DNA of 32,000 nt from Acidothermus cellulolyticus 11B (GTDB lineage: Bacteria > Actinomycetota > Actinomycetes > Acidothermales > Acidothermaceae). This document shows, in pieces, positions 8,596-17,790 of the stretch. The position numbers and the translations under genes are program-made. Positions within the stretch are counted from its first letter, which is position 1; every line of letters starts with the position of its first letter. Location of the stretch: positions 510,001-542,000 of the forward strand of contig NC_008578.1 in the NCBI RefSeq assembly GCF_000015025.1, written 5' to 3'. The notes under the pieces are model-generated. The model worked only from the letters and a program-made list of their open reading frames with translations. It did no database searches and was not told where the DNA came from.

Positions 8596-10793
8596 TGGCG
8601 ACGGGTAGCGGACCGACGGGTGGCGCGGCGGCTGGTGTGGCCGCGGTGGAGAGCCGCCCGACGCGAGGTCCGCGGCGTACGCCGCCGACGTGGCGCAGCG
8701 GCCTGCGGGAGGTCGGGCTCGGCCTGGCCATCTTTGCCGTTTATCTCGCGGTGACCCACCTCGTGCCGCGGGACCGGGCGGTCGCCGACGCCCACGGCAC
8801 CGGGATTCTCGATCTCGAGCATCGCTGGGGACTCGACGTTGAGCGATCGCTGAACACATTTCTCGCCCGGCATCCTGCGCTTGGGGTTGCTGCCTCCTGG
8901 GAGTACGCCACCACGTACGTCCTGGTGACCTTCGGCGTACTGCTCTGGGTCTGGCGGCGCCGCCCCGACGTGTATCCGTGGGCCCGCAACACCCTCGCCG
9001 GCCTCACCCTCGGGGCCATCACCTGTTTTGCGCTCTGGCCGACTACCCCGCCGCGGCTGCTGCCGGGGAGCGACTTCGCCGACATCGTGGCGGCCAATCA
9101 CCCGCCGGGCACCTGGGGAACCGCGGCAGTCTCCGCCGGCGCCGACGAGCTTGCGGCGATGCCCAGCGTTCACGTCGCCTGGGCCGCCTGGGTGCTCGCC
9201 GTCCTCGCCCGCCTGCACATGAGCCGGTGGGCGCTGGCTCTCGGCAGTGCCCATCTTGCGGTGACGACGGTCGACGTGCTCGCCACCGGCACCCACTACA
9301 CGCTGGATGCCGCCGCCGGGGCCGCGCTCGTCCTCCTCGCTGTCGCCGGTGAGGCGGTCCGGGTCGCTTGGCTCGGTCCGTCGGCGCCGCCGCGCAGGCC
9401 GCTCGGCCAGGCGGTTGCCGCCGCGCGGTGGCATCCGGTCGCGGCCGAGGATGCGTTCTTCTTGCACATCGAGACGCCGGCCAATCCGCAATTCGTCGGG
9501 GGGCTTGCGTTTCTCGCCGGCACACCGGACGTGGACGCCGTCCGGGCGGCCATCGCGCGGAAGCTTCCCGACCTGCCACGGTTGCGGCAGGTCGTCCGGT
9601 GCGCAGGAGTGCGGCGGCGGTTCCGCTGGGTGGATGCGCCGAGCATCGATCTGGCCTGGCACGTGCCGGTCGTTGCGCAGTCCGGTAGCGGGCTGGATGC
9701 GGCCCTCGACGCCGTACGCCCGTTCATCGAGACGCCGCTCGATCGCAACCGGCCGCTCTGGCGGCTTGTCCTCGTCACCGGGGTGGCGCCGCAGACCAGT
9801 GCGCTCGGCGTGCTGTTCCACCACGCGATCGGCGACGGGCTTGGCGTTCTCGCGATCGTCCGGCAGCTCCTCGAGCCGCTCGCCCCGTTCGCCGAGGACG
9901 ATCCGGCCACCCGCCCGGCGCAGCCGGACACCCCGGCGCCTCGCCGGTATCGCCTGCCGGGGCCGCTGGCGCGGGCGGCGCTCACCGCCGTCGGTCTTGG
10001 GCAGCTCGCCGCCGACGGGGTCGGTGACCGGCTGCCCGGCGCAGGGCGCCTCACCGGACGCCGGGTCGTCCGTGTCGTCACGGCACCGCTCGACGCGGTT
10101 CGCAAGGCCGCGCGCGAACACCGCTGCCGGGTGACCGACCTGCTGCTCGCGGCTACCGGGGATGCGCTCGCCTGCTCGCTGGCGGCGGCGGACCTGCCGG
10201 GGCGCGGGGTCCGGGCCGCCGTGCCGATCACGTTGCGACCCCCGGGCGACCCCGGCGGGTGGGACGGCCTGCCGGGCAATCGGACCGCGGCACTCATGGT
10301 CGGCATTCCGCTGATTCCGATGTCGGTGGTCGACCGGTTGCGCGCTGTCGCAGGGGACGCCGAGCGGCGGCGCCGATCCGGTCGGCTGCTGGCGAGCGCC
10401 GCGGTGGTCCGGTCGATCGGGCTGCTCCCGGCACGTTGGCACGGATGGCTGGCCCGGCTCATTTACCGGCCCCCGCATTTCGGTTTGATCGTGACGAATA
10501 TTCCGGGACCCGAGATTCCGCTGGGCTTTCTCGGCGCTCCAGTATTGCGGGTGTACCCCTTGGTGTCGCTGGCCGACGGGGTGCCGCTGTCGGTCGGGGC
10601 GCTGGGGTGGAACGGTCAGTTGTGTGTGGCGGTGACGATCGACCCAGGGTGGCCGGTCGATGCCGATGACTTTGCGGCCCGTCTTCGGGATGCGCTCGGA
10701 ATTCTTGGGGTGGACAGCGCCCGGCTGGGCTGGGACTTGGGCACCGGCGGTCCGGCGGTCGGTCGCGAGCGCGGATCAGGCGGCGGTTCCTGA
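8595..10793 (+). CDS. bifunctional PAP2 (Aur1/IPC-synthase-like, PAP2_3)::wax-ester synthase/diacylglycerol acyltransferase (WS/DGAT) fusion
   Basis: The N-terminal ~250 aa are polytopic and carry AAMPSVHVAWA and GTHYTLDAAAG (the SxH / HYxxD motifs of PAP2_3). The C-terminal part carries AEDAFFLHIETP, the catalytic HHAIGDG (aa 409-415) and NIPGPEIPLGFLGA, which are WS/DGAT hallmarks. The start is uncertain, with several in-frame GTGs. Confidence 0.8.
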   Translation: MATGSGPTGGAAAGVAAVESRPTRGPRRTPPTWRSGLREVGLGLAIFAVYLAVTHLVPRDRAVADAHGTGILDLEHRWGLDVERSLNTFLARHPALGVAASWEYATTYVLVTFGVLLWVWRRRPDVYPWARNTLAGLTLGAITCFALWPTTPPRLLPGSDFADIVAANHPPGTWGTAAVSAGADELAAMPSVHVAWAAWVLAVLARLHMSRWALALGSAHLAVTTVDVLATGTHYTLDAAAGAALVLLAVAGEAVRVAWLGPSAPPRRPLGQAVAAARWHPVAAEDAFFLHIETPANPQFVGGLAFLAGTPDVDAVRAAIARKLPDLPRLRQVVRCAGVRRRFRWVDAPSIDLAWHVPVVAQSGSGLDAALDAVRPFIETPLDRNRPLWRLVLVTGVAPQTSALGVLFHHAIGDGLGVLAIVRQLLEPLAPFAEDDPATRPAQPDTPAPRRYRLPGPLARAALTAVGLGQLAADGVGDRLPGAGRLTGRRVVRVVTAPLDAVRKAAREHRCRVTDLLLAATGDALACSLAAADLPGRGVRAAVPITLRPPGDPGGWDGLPGNRTAALMVGIPLIPMSVVDRLRAVAGDAERRRRSGRLLASAAVVRSIGLLPARWHGWLARLIYRPPHFGLIVTNIPGPEIPLGFLGAPVLRVYPLVSLADGVPLSVGALGWNGQLCVAVTIDPGWPVDADDFAARLRDALGILGVDSARLGWDLGTGGPAVGRERGSGGGS

Positions 10794-11740
10794 TGGCAGG
10801 CGTTGCGCTGCTCGCCCTGGGCGCAGCGTTTCTTTTTGCGCTTGCCGCGGTTCTGCAGGCCCGCGCCGCCCGCGTCGCCGGTGGCAAACAGGACGTCGAC
10901 GTTGCGACGTTCGTGCAACGGCTCATCCGCGACCGAGGGTGGCTGCTCGGCTGGCTGGCGAATTTGGCCGGCTTTTTCACCCAGACCGTGGCACTGCATT
11001 TTGGGTCGGTTGCGGTCGTGCAGCCGCTGCTGGTGTCGCAATTGCTGTTCACGTTAATACTTTCCGCGCGGGCGGTGCATCGGGAAATGGGTTGGCGCGA
11101 GTGGCTGGGCGGTCTCGCGATATGCGGTGGCCTGGCCATTCTGTTGTCGGTCCGGGGGGCGTTGCCGGCGGGCGGTGAGGCGGACCGCACCCGGCTGCTG
11201 GCGATCGGCCCGCTGGTCGGCGGCGCCGCCGCGGCGCTCGCGCTTGGCGCGATGTACCGGCGGCGGGTGGCACGGTCCATCATTCTCGGCACGGAGGCGG
11301 GGTTGTTCTTCGCCTGCGGAGCGGTGCTGAACAAGCTGACCTCTGATGACTTGCTGCACCGCGGTGTCGCAGCGACCGCCACCGATTGGGTCGGTTACGG
11401 GTTAGCCATCGTGACCGTGCTGGGATTCCTTGTTGAACAGCGTGCATTCGCGGCCGGTCCGCTGCCGGCGGCGATGACCGCCATGACCATTACCAATCCG
11501 ATTGTTTCCTACATATTCGCCGTCGTTGCCTTTGGTGTCGCCCTGCCGCATTCACCCGCTGCATTGGCTGGGATTGTCGCGGGCGGGACCTTGCTGTACG
11601 TCGGCGTCGGGCTCCTTGCGCCGTCACCGTTGTTGCGACGGTCCTCCACCGCGGACGGCCGGGGCGCCGGCACTTCGGACGGCGCATTGTCACGGTGCGA
11701 AGGACCGCCGCCGTCGGATTCCGTGCAGGCGCCGATGTAG
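10793..11740 (+). CDS. DMT-superfamily-like membrane protein
   Basis: About 9-10 TM segments, including LLALGAAFLFALAAVLQ. Its ATG overlaps the upstream stop by 1 nt (TGATG). Confidence 0.55.
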   Translation: MAGVALLALGAAFLFALAAVLQARAARVAGGKQDVDVATFVQRLIRDRGWLLGWLANLAGFFTQTVALHFGSVAVVQPLLVSQLLFTLILSARAVHREMGWREWLGGLAICGGLAILLSVRGALPAGGEADRTRLLAIGPLVGGAAAALALGAMYRRRVARSIILGTEAGLFFACGAVLNKLTSDDLLHRGVAATATDWVGYGLAIVTVLGFLVEQRAFAAGPLPAAMTAMTITNPIVSYIFAVVAFGVALPHSPAALAGIVAGGTLLYVGVGLLAPSPLLRRSSTADGRGAGTSDGALSRCEGPPPSDSVQAPM

Positions 11741-11830
11741 TTGCCGTTGGAGCCGCGCGGATTACCCTCGCGCCGGTCACCAGCAGGGGATGCGGCGGGC
11801 TTCACATTGCGAAAGTAGATGCGGTGGGCT

Positions 11831-12088
11831 TCACCTGGCGAGCAGTTCCGCGAGCCGCACCGGATCACCGTCGATCACGTCGATTATTTTGCGACGGCTC
11901 GTGGCTCCGCTGACCAGCCGCACCTGGGATTTTGGCACCCCGAACGCCTGCGCGACCGCGGCGAGCGCGGCGTCGGTTGCGCGGCCGTGCTCGGCCGGTT
12001 CACGTACTGCGACGATCAGCGCGCCGTTGTGGCTGCCGCCGACGGTTGCCCGGGAACTGCCGGGCCGAACATGGATGACCAGCCGCAT
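11831..12088 (-). CDS. DUF167 (YggU-like) family protein
   Basis: MRLVIHVRPGSSRATVGG..GALIVAVREPAEHGRATDAALAAVAQAFGVPKSQVRLVSGATSRRKIIDV matches the DUF167 pattern (PGA.r..v.g...g.l.v.v..pp..G.AN.al...la....v....v.i..G..sr.K.v.i). The start was trimmed from 12193 to the family-typical ATG. Confidence 0.75.
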   Translation of the reverse strand: MRLVIHVRPGSSRATVGGSHNGALIVAVREPAEHGRATDAALAAVAQAFGVPKSQVRLVSGATSRRKIIDVIDGDPVRLAELLAR

Positions 12089-12253
12089 GACGGAATTTCC
12101 AACGCTCTCCGCGATTCTCAGGAAGTTTTCACCATGCCGACGGTATCCGGAGCAAATGCCGGCTTCGGCGCCGGTTACTGTGGAGCGCGGCACGACCGTG
12201 GAGCTCCGACGGCTGCGGCGTCCCGGGGAGAGGCTTATCCAGCAGGAGGCGAG

Positions 12254-12949
12254 ATGAGATTCCAGCCGCGATCGGTACGCCGCGGGGTGGGTCGTCCGTT
12301 GGCCGGACTCCTCGTGCTCGTCGCCGCGGTGACGGCCGCCTGTTCGTCCGGCAACACATCAGCGTCGTCGACGACGACACCCTCGGCACCAGTCTCCGCC
12401 GCGCCGTCCAGCGCATCGACCAGTCCGTCCGGGTCAACGTCGGCGGCGGTCGCCCTCTCCACGGCGATGCCTCCGTGGCCCATTCCGGCTGATGCGGCGC
12501 CGTACATCGCCGCGGCCGGTCTCGTGGCGTCCAGCGAAGAGCACGTTGATGTCCACTACCACGCCCACCTGGACATCCTGGTGAACGGTCACGCCGTCCC
12601 CGTGCCAGCGGGGATCGGCTTCATTGTCCAAGGCGGCCAGGTGACCGGACTCACGTCGCTGCATACGCACGACACCAGTGGCGTCGTCCACATCGAATCA
12701 CCGAAGAACGTACCGTTCACGCTCGGGCAGTTCTTCACCGAGTGGGGCGTCGCGCTTGGCCCCGGCCGGCTCGGCGGTCTCACCGACAACGCCTCGCAGG
12801 TGCTCCGGGTTTTTGTCGATGGTCAGCCGTTCACCGGGAATCCAGCGACGATTGTTTTCCGCCCGCACCAAGAGATAGCACTCTGGTACGGTGCGAGAAA
12901 TGCGCCCGCGAACGTCCCGGCGCGGTACGACTTTCCGGCCGGTGAATGA
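12254..12949 (+). CDS. secreted lipoprotein, conserved hypothetical with His-rich motifs
   Basis: AGGAGG lies 5 nt upstream of the ATG. The signal peptide plus lipobox is LLVLVAAVTAAC, followed by a Ser/Thr/Pro linker. The domain carries VHYHAHLDILVNG and SLHTHDTSGVVHIE. The tracked 376-aa ORF (from 11819) is an antisense-extended artefact. Confidence 0.7.
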   Translation: MRFQPRSVRRGVGRPLAGLLVLVAAVTAACSSGNTSASSTTTPSAPVSAAPSSASTSPSGSTSAAVALSTAMPPWPIPADAAPYIAAAGLVASSEEHVDVHYHAHLDILVNGHAVPVPAGIGFIVQGGQVTGLTSLHTHDTSGVVHIESPKNVPFTLGQFFTEWGVALGPGRLGGLTDNASQVLRVFVDGQPFTGNPATIVFRPHQEIALWYGARNAPANVPARYDFPAGE

Positions 12950-13007
12950 TGCGCAGGCCGGCGGAGGATGACGGGACGCCGCAGGCGGCGCAGGTGCGGA
13001 GGCGGCC

Positions 13008-13667
13008 ATGACGAACATCTTCGGAAGCAGTCATCCGATTCTCCGTTTCCTCAACGGGCTTGCGAAGCACACCCCGTGGCTGCACGGTGTCGCAACGGCG
13101 TACGCCGTCTGGGCGGGGCTCGTCATTCTCGCGTTGCTGGTCGTCGCCGGGTGGCTTCGGGCGCGGACGCAGAGCGTGCGAAGTGTGGCAATCGCGGTCT
13201 GGACGCCGATCGGCTGTGTCATTGCGCTTGGCTTCAATCAGCTGATCGGTCACGCTGTTGCAGAACCCCGGCCGTACGAAGAGCTGCGTAATGTGGACCG
13301 GCTTGTTCCGGTCACCCACGATTACTCCTTCCCTTCTGACCACGCGGTCGCTGCCGGCGGCGTCATCGTCGGGCTCTGGCTCATCGAGCGTCGGCTTGGA
13401 ATTCTCGGGGCGATTTTCGGCCTCCTGTTGGCGGCCGACCGGGTTTATGTCGGCGCCCATTACGGCCACGACGTCATCGCTGGTCTGCTTCTCGGCGGGC
13501 TCGTTGTCCTCCTCGGCCGGTGGCTCGTCGTCCCGATCCTCGAGCGGATCGGGGCAATCATCGCGGCAACCCGGTGGCGGCCGCTCGTGGTCAACGCACG
13601 TGTCCCGATTCCGGCGCACCGCGGTTCAGTTGTCGGCAGTGGGTCGTCCAGCGCGGCGCACGGGTAG
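13008..13667 (+). CDS. PAP2-family lipid phosphate phosphatase
   Basis: All three classical motifs are present: AEPRPY (KxxxxxxRP-like), FPSDH, and DRVYVGAHYGHDV (SRxxxxxHxxxD-like). Several TM helices. Confidence 0.85.
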   Translation: MTNIFGSSHPILRFLNGLAKHTPWLHGVATAYAVWAGLVILALLVVAGWLRARTQSVRSVAIAVWTPIGCVIALGFNQLIGHAVAEPRPYEELRNVDRLVPVTHDYSFPSDHAVAAGGVIVGLWLIERRLGILGAIFGLLLAADRVYVGAHYGHDVIAGLLLGGLVVLLGRWLVVPILERIGAIIAATRWRPLVVNARVPIPAHRGSVVGSGSSSAAHG

Positions 13668-13764
13668 GCGGCCCGCCTTCGTTGGCAAGGCAGCGGATGA
13701 CGCTACACGGCGAGCGCGGGGTGGGTGACGCGAAATACCGGACCGGTGTTTGAGGGGAGTCGCG

Positions 13765-14358
13765 ATGGAGGCCGAGGAGTGGGACGCCCGGTACGCAGCG
13801 ACGGACCGGCTCTGGTCTGCTGAGCCGAACGTCTTCGTAGCTGAGACAGTTGCGACATTGCCGCCGGGCCGGGCAGTCGACCTCGGGTGCGGCGAAGGAC
13901 GCAATGCGATCTGGCTGGCGCGCCGCGGATGGCAGGTCGTCGGCGTGGATTTCTCGACCGTTGCACTCGACCGCGCCCGCGCGGCGGCCCGCGACGCCGG
14001 TGTCTCGGTGACCTGGGTGCAGGCGGATCTCAGCGAGTGGCAACCGGAGCCGGGAAGCTTCGACCTGGCCGTCCTCGCGTACCTGCATTTGCCGGCCGAG
14101 ACGATGAGTTCGGTGCTCGCGAAGGCACGAGAGGCTCTTCGGGACGGCGGGCACCTGCTCCTCGTTGGGCACGCGAGGATGAATCTCACGGTGGGTGTCG
14201 GCGGACCGCAGGACCCGGCGGTCTTGTACGAGCCCGATGACGTGATCGGGTGGATCGGCGATCTTACTGTCGAGCGCGCCGAGCATGTCTATCGGGACGT
14301 CGAGGTCGACGGCGTTCCCCGCCGTGCCGTGGACGTGTTGGTCTTCGCAACGCGCTAG
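13765..14358 (+). CDS. class I SAM-dependent methyltransferase
   Basis: VDLGCGEGRNAIWLARRGWQVVGVDFS is motif I plus the acidic loop. The ATG at 13765 follows the GAGGGGAG RBS. The tracked TTG 13750 is an alternative start. Confidence 0.85.
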   Translation: MEAEEWDARYAATDRLWSAEPNVFVAETVATLPPGRAVDLGCGEGRNAIWLARRGWQVVGVDFSTVALDRARAAARDAGVSVTWVQADLSEWQPEPGSFDLAVLAYLHLPAETMSSVLAKAREALRDGGHLLLVGHARMNLTVGVGGPQDPAVLYEPDDVIGWIGDLTVERAEHVYRDVEVDGVPRRAVDVLVFATR

Positions 14359-14659
14359 CTGCGCTCGATCCGGTACGTCGGGCACCGCTGCTGGGGCCGG
14401 CGGTGTGTCTGTCCTGCCGCCCGGGTCGCCGGTGTGTCCACCCATATGTTCCCGCGCGGCCGACGCGGCGCCGCCCGCTGCCTTGTGGTTGATCAGACAG
14501 TCTGCTCTGTATGTTCTATCGCTATCTATTTTTACGAGCGCTTCTCATATTAAAATGACGTCTGCATGCCGTGGTGTGACGCACGGGACGGCGCGTGGGC
14601 GCGCGACGGCGTGGCGCACGCGATGACGTGCATGTACGGCGAGAGTAGGGAGGCAGCGG

Positions 14660-16429
14660 GTGAGCGTCGTCGTCAACGACATCGACGGTCAGGCAACTCT
14701 CAGTCGGGAGCGGGTTTGGCGGGCGCAGCGGCGCGGGTCGGTGATTGTTAACTGGTTGACAACGACGGATCATAAACTGATCGGCCAACTGTATTTGATC
14801 ACGTCGTTTGGGTTCTTCATCATCGCAGGGATCATGGCGTTGTTGATGCGGGCGGAGTTGGCCCGGCCCGGGTTGCAGTTCTTGACGCCGGAGGAGTACA
14901 ACCAGCTCTTCACCATGCACGGCACGCTCATGCTGTTCTTGTTCGCGACGCCGTTGTTCGTCGGGTTTGCGAATGTCCTGGTGCCGTTGCAGATCGGTGC
15001 GCCGGATGTGGCGTTTCCCCGGCTGAATCTGTTCAGCTACTACCTTTTCTTGTTCGGCGGGTTGATTACGGTCGGCGGTTTTCTCACCCCGGGTGGGGCG
15101 GCGGATTTCGGCTGGTACGCCTACACGCCGTTGTCGGACGTCGCGCACTCGCCCTCGCTCGGCGGTGACATGTGGGTGATGGGACTCACCCTCTCGGGAC
15201 TCGGGACAATCTTGGGTGCGGTCAATTTCATGACGACCGTGCTGGTGATGCGGGCGCCGGGGATGACGATGTTCCGCATGCCGGTCTTCACCTGGAACGT
15301 CATGTTGACCAGCCTGCTGGTGCTGCTTACGTTCCCGGTGTTGGCGGCGGCGTTGCTGGCGTTGGAGGCGGATCGCAAACTCGGTGCGCATATTTTCGAT
15401 CCGGCCAACGGCGGCCCGATTCTCTGGCAGCACTTGTTCTGGTTCTTCGGCCACCCGGAGGTGTACATCGTCGCGCTGCCGTTCTTCGGAATCATCACCG
15501 AAATCCTCCCGGTGTTCAGCCGGAAACCGGTCTTCGGCTACAAGGGGTTGGTGTTCGCCACCATTTCCATCGCCGGGCTGTCGATGAGTGTGTGGGCGCA
15601 CCACATGTTCTCCACCGGCGCGGTGCTGCTGCCGTTCTTCTCGCTGATGTCCCTGCTGATCGCGGTTCCGACCGGGGTGAAGTTCTTCAACTGGATCGGC
15701 ACGATGTGGCGCGGTCAGCTCTCCTTCGACACCCCCCTGCTGTGGGCGTTGGGCTTTCTCGTGACGTTCCTCTTCGGCGGGCTGACGGGTGTCATGCTCG
15801 CGTCACCGCCGTTGGATTTCCATGTCACCGACACGTATTTCGTGGTGGCGCACTTCCATTACGTGCTCTTCGGCACCGTGGTCTTCGCCATGTTCGGCGG
15901 GTTCTACTTCTGGTGGCCGAAGATGACCGGCAAGATGCTCGACGAACGGCTCGGCAAGGTGCACTTCTGGACGCTGTTCATCGGCTTTCACACCACGTTC
16001 CTCGTGCAGCACTGGCTGGGTGTGGAAGGCATGCCCCGGCGGATCGCCGACTACCTGCCGACCGAGGGGTTCACCACGCTGAACACCGTCTCGACCATCG
16101 GCTCGTTCCTGCTGGCACTGTCGATGATCCCGTTCGGTATCAACGTGTGGCGGACCTGGCGGTACGCCCCCCACGTCGGCGTCGACGACCCGTGGGGCTG
16201 GGGCGCCTCCCTGGAATGGGCGACCTCCTGCCCACCACCCCGGCACAACTTCCGCCGCCTGCCCCGCATCCGCTCCTTCCGCCCCGCCTTCGACCTCCAC
16301 CACCCGGAATTGAGTCATGTCCCCGACTACCGGAAACTCGCTGTCACCGGCGCTCAAGGGACCGGTGCGTCGTCTGCTCTGAAGAAAGTCGTTGCGCAAG
16401 CATCCGGCGTCGGACCGGAGCAGCAATGA
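14660..16429 (+). CDS. ctaD: cytochrome c (aa3-type) oxidase subunit I
   Basis: [26 protein letters not shown] and HFHYV are haem-copper oxidase subunit I signatures. 589 aa. Confidence 0.95.
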   Translation: MSVVVNDIDGQATLSRERVWRAQRRGSVIVNWLTTTDHKLIGQLYLITSFGFFIIAGIMALLMRAELARPGLQFLTPEEYNQLFTMHGTLMLFLFATPLFVGFANVLVPLQIGAPDVAFPRLNLFSYYLFLFGGLITVGGFLTPGGAADFGWYAYTPLSDVAHSPSLGGDMWVMGLTLSGLGTILGAVNFMTTVLVMRAPGMTMFRMPVFTWNVMLTSLLVLLTFPVLAAALLALEADRKLGAHIFDPANGGPILWQHLFWFFGHPEVYIVALPFFGIITEILPVFSRKPVFGYKGLVFATISIAGLSMSVWAHHMFSTGAVLLPFFSLMSLLIAVPTGVKFFNWIGTMWRGQLSFDTPLLWALGFLVTFLFGGLTGVMLASPPLDFHVTDTYFVVAHFHYVLFGTVVFAMFGGFYFWWPKMTGKMLDERLGKVHFWTLFIGFHTTFLVQHWLGVEGMPRRIADYLPTEGFTTLNTVSTIGSFLLALSMIPFGINVWRTWRYAPHVGVDDPWGWGASLEWATSCPPPRHNFRRLPRIRSFRPAFDLHHPELSHVPDYRKLAVTGAQGTGASSALKKVVAQASGVGPEQQ

Positions 16430-16457
16430 GAAGCTCATGCGTCGTGCGGAGGCGGCC

Positions 16458-17165
16458 ATGCTGATCGTCATGGGTGATTTCGCAGACCCGGCCAGTTACT
16501 TGGCGAGCCGTCGGGTCGATCGGCTTCTCGCGCGGGGACGCGAGGTGGAGTGGTGGGCTGTCGTTGCAGACCGCAGCCGACCGCTCACGCCAACGCCGGC
16601 CGATGATGCCCTCCTCCGCGAGGGACGGTCATTCGCAGGCGCGGACGATGAGTGGCCGGCTGAGCCGGTGCGGATTCCCAATTCCGGGCCGGCGACCGCG
16701 GCGTATGCCGAGGCGTTCGGTGACGGACTCGCCCACCCCATGCGGCGCGCTCTTTTCCTCGCCGGGTGGCGCGACCAGCGGGACATCGCCGATCCCAATG
16801 TTCTGCGCCGGATTGCCTACGACGTCTACCGCAAGCACCCCGCGCCTTTCACCGGGCGTCCGAGATCTGTTGTCGGCGACGCCGAGGTGCGGATGGCCTC
16901 CCGCCGACAGGGTTTCTTGGTCTCGATGGCTGGCGGACCACTCACCCGGGACGGCCACGAACGGATCCGGCGCTGGCGCGAAGTCTGGCAGGACGTCGGT
17001 TCGCCGAGCCTTCCGGCGATTCTCTCCGCTGACGGTTTGGTCAGCGGCTGGGAAGCGGTCCGGTTCCTCGCCGAGGTGGACGCCGGTGAAGCCGGCGAGA
17101 GTTGGCTTGAGGCCGAGTCGGACCGCGCGTACGAGAGGGAGATGATGCGCAGTGCCGTCGGCTGA
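16458..17165 (+). CDS. DsbA/FrnE-like thioredoxin-fold protein lacking the CxxC active site
   Basis: The layout is collinear with DsbA-FrnE proteins. IVMGDFADPASYLAS replaces D..CPWCYL. It continues with EVEWWAV, IPNSGPA, RRALFLAGWRDQRDIADPNVLRRIA and GSPSLPAIL. ATG 16437 is an alternative start. Confidence 0.55.
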   Translation: MLIVMGDFADPASYLASRRVDRLLARGREVEWWAVVADRSRPLTPTPADDALLREGRSFAGADDEWPAEPVRIPNSGPATAAYAEAFGDGLAHPMRRALFLAGWRDQRDIADPNVLRRIAYDVYRKHPAPFTGRPRSVVGDAEVRMASRRQGFLVSMAGGPLTRDGHERIRRWREVWQDVGSPSLPAILSADGLVSGWEAVRFLAEVDAGEAGESWLEAESDRAYEREMMRSAVG

Positions 17166-17691
17166 CGAGCACGTGTCCGTAGAGCTGACGCGGCCGGCAG
17201 CGGCAGAGCCCGGAGGGCCGGATTCTCCGGACCGATGGCCGCGATCGCTTCGTGTGATTGTGGGATTCGCCATCGGTTGCGTGGTCGCCGGGGGATTGAT
17301 TGCTGCAGGGAGCGCGCATCACCCGACTCGGGCGATGTCGTGGACCTCCGCATACCTCGTGCTGGTAGCCGGTGTCGTTGGAGTCGGGCTCCCGCTCTCC
17401 CTGCGGGTCGTTGACGCCTCAACCAAGGGTGTCCAGCGGATTACCGTCACAAGCCTGTGCTGGCAGTTTGGCAACACCGAGGTCGTCACCGGAACACTGC
17501 TGCACAAGCCGGCACTTGTGACTGGCGGCGGCATGTTCCTGCTGGCGGCGCTGGCGTACGCGGCTGCCTTGCTGCACAAGGGAAAACGCGAGCACCGGCG
17601 TCTCGTACGGTTCTGCTATGTCATCGCCCTCGTTCTCGCCCTCAGCATTCCGGCCGGTGTCGTCTTGTCGGTTACCCGCGCCGGTTCGTAA
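17152..17691 (+). CDS. hypothetical membrane protein (about 4 TM)
   Basis: Its GTG overlaps the previous gene by 14 nt. Hydrophobic segments include VIVGFAIGCVVAGGLIAAG, AYLVLVAGVVGVGLPL, GGGMFLLAALAYAAALL and YVIALVLALSIPAGVVL. No family was recognised. Confidence 0.5.
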   Translation: MPSADEHVSVELTRPAAAEPGGPDSPDRWPRSLRVIVGFAIGCVVAGGLIAAGSAHHPTRAMSWTSAYLVLVAGVVGVGLPLSLRVVDASTKGVQRITVTSLCWQFGNTEVVTGTLLHKPALVTGGGMFLLAALAYAAALLHKGKREHRRLVRFCYVIALVLALSIPAGVVLSVTRAGS

Positions 17692-17790
17692 CGGCACGCT
17701 GCCGCCGGCTGCTCACGACCTCGGGATCAGAGCATGCACGAGCATGACGCCGGGCGGTCCAAGCGGCGCACCCCAGGGGTCATCCGTCTA

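Noticed and set aside
11819-12949. 376-aa ORF merging the DUF167 antisense region with the lipoprotein gene.
   Set aside because: The first about 145 aa are antisense to a well-supported DUF167 gene. An ATG at 12254 with an AGGAGG RBS and a signal peptide/lipobox gives a coherent 231-aa protein.
14660-16429. Stand-alone ctaD without ctaC/ctaE considered as an anomaly.
   Set aside because: In actinobacteria ctaD is commonly monocistronic and unlinked to the other oxidase subunit genes. The sequence has all A-type oxidase motifs, so it is neither unusual in itself nor a disguised NO reductase.
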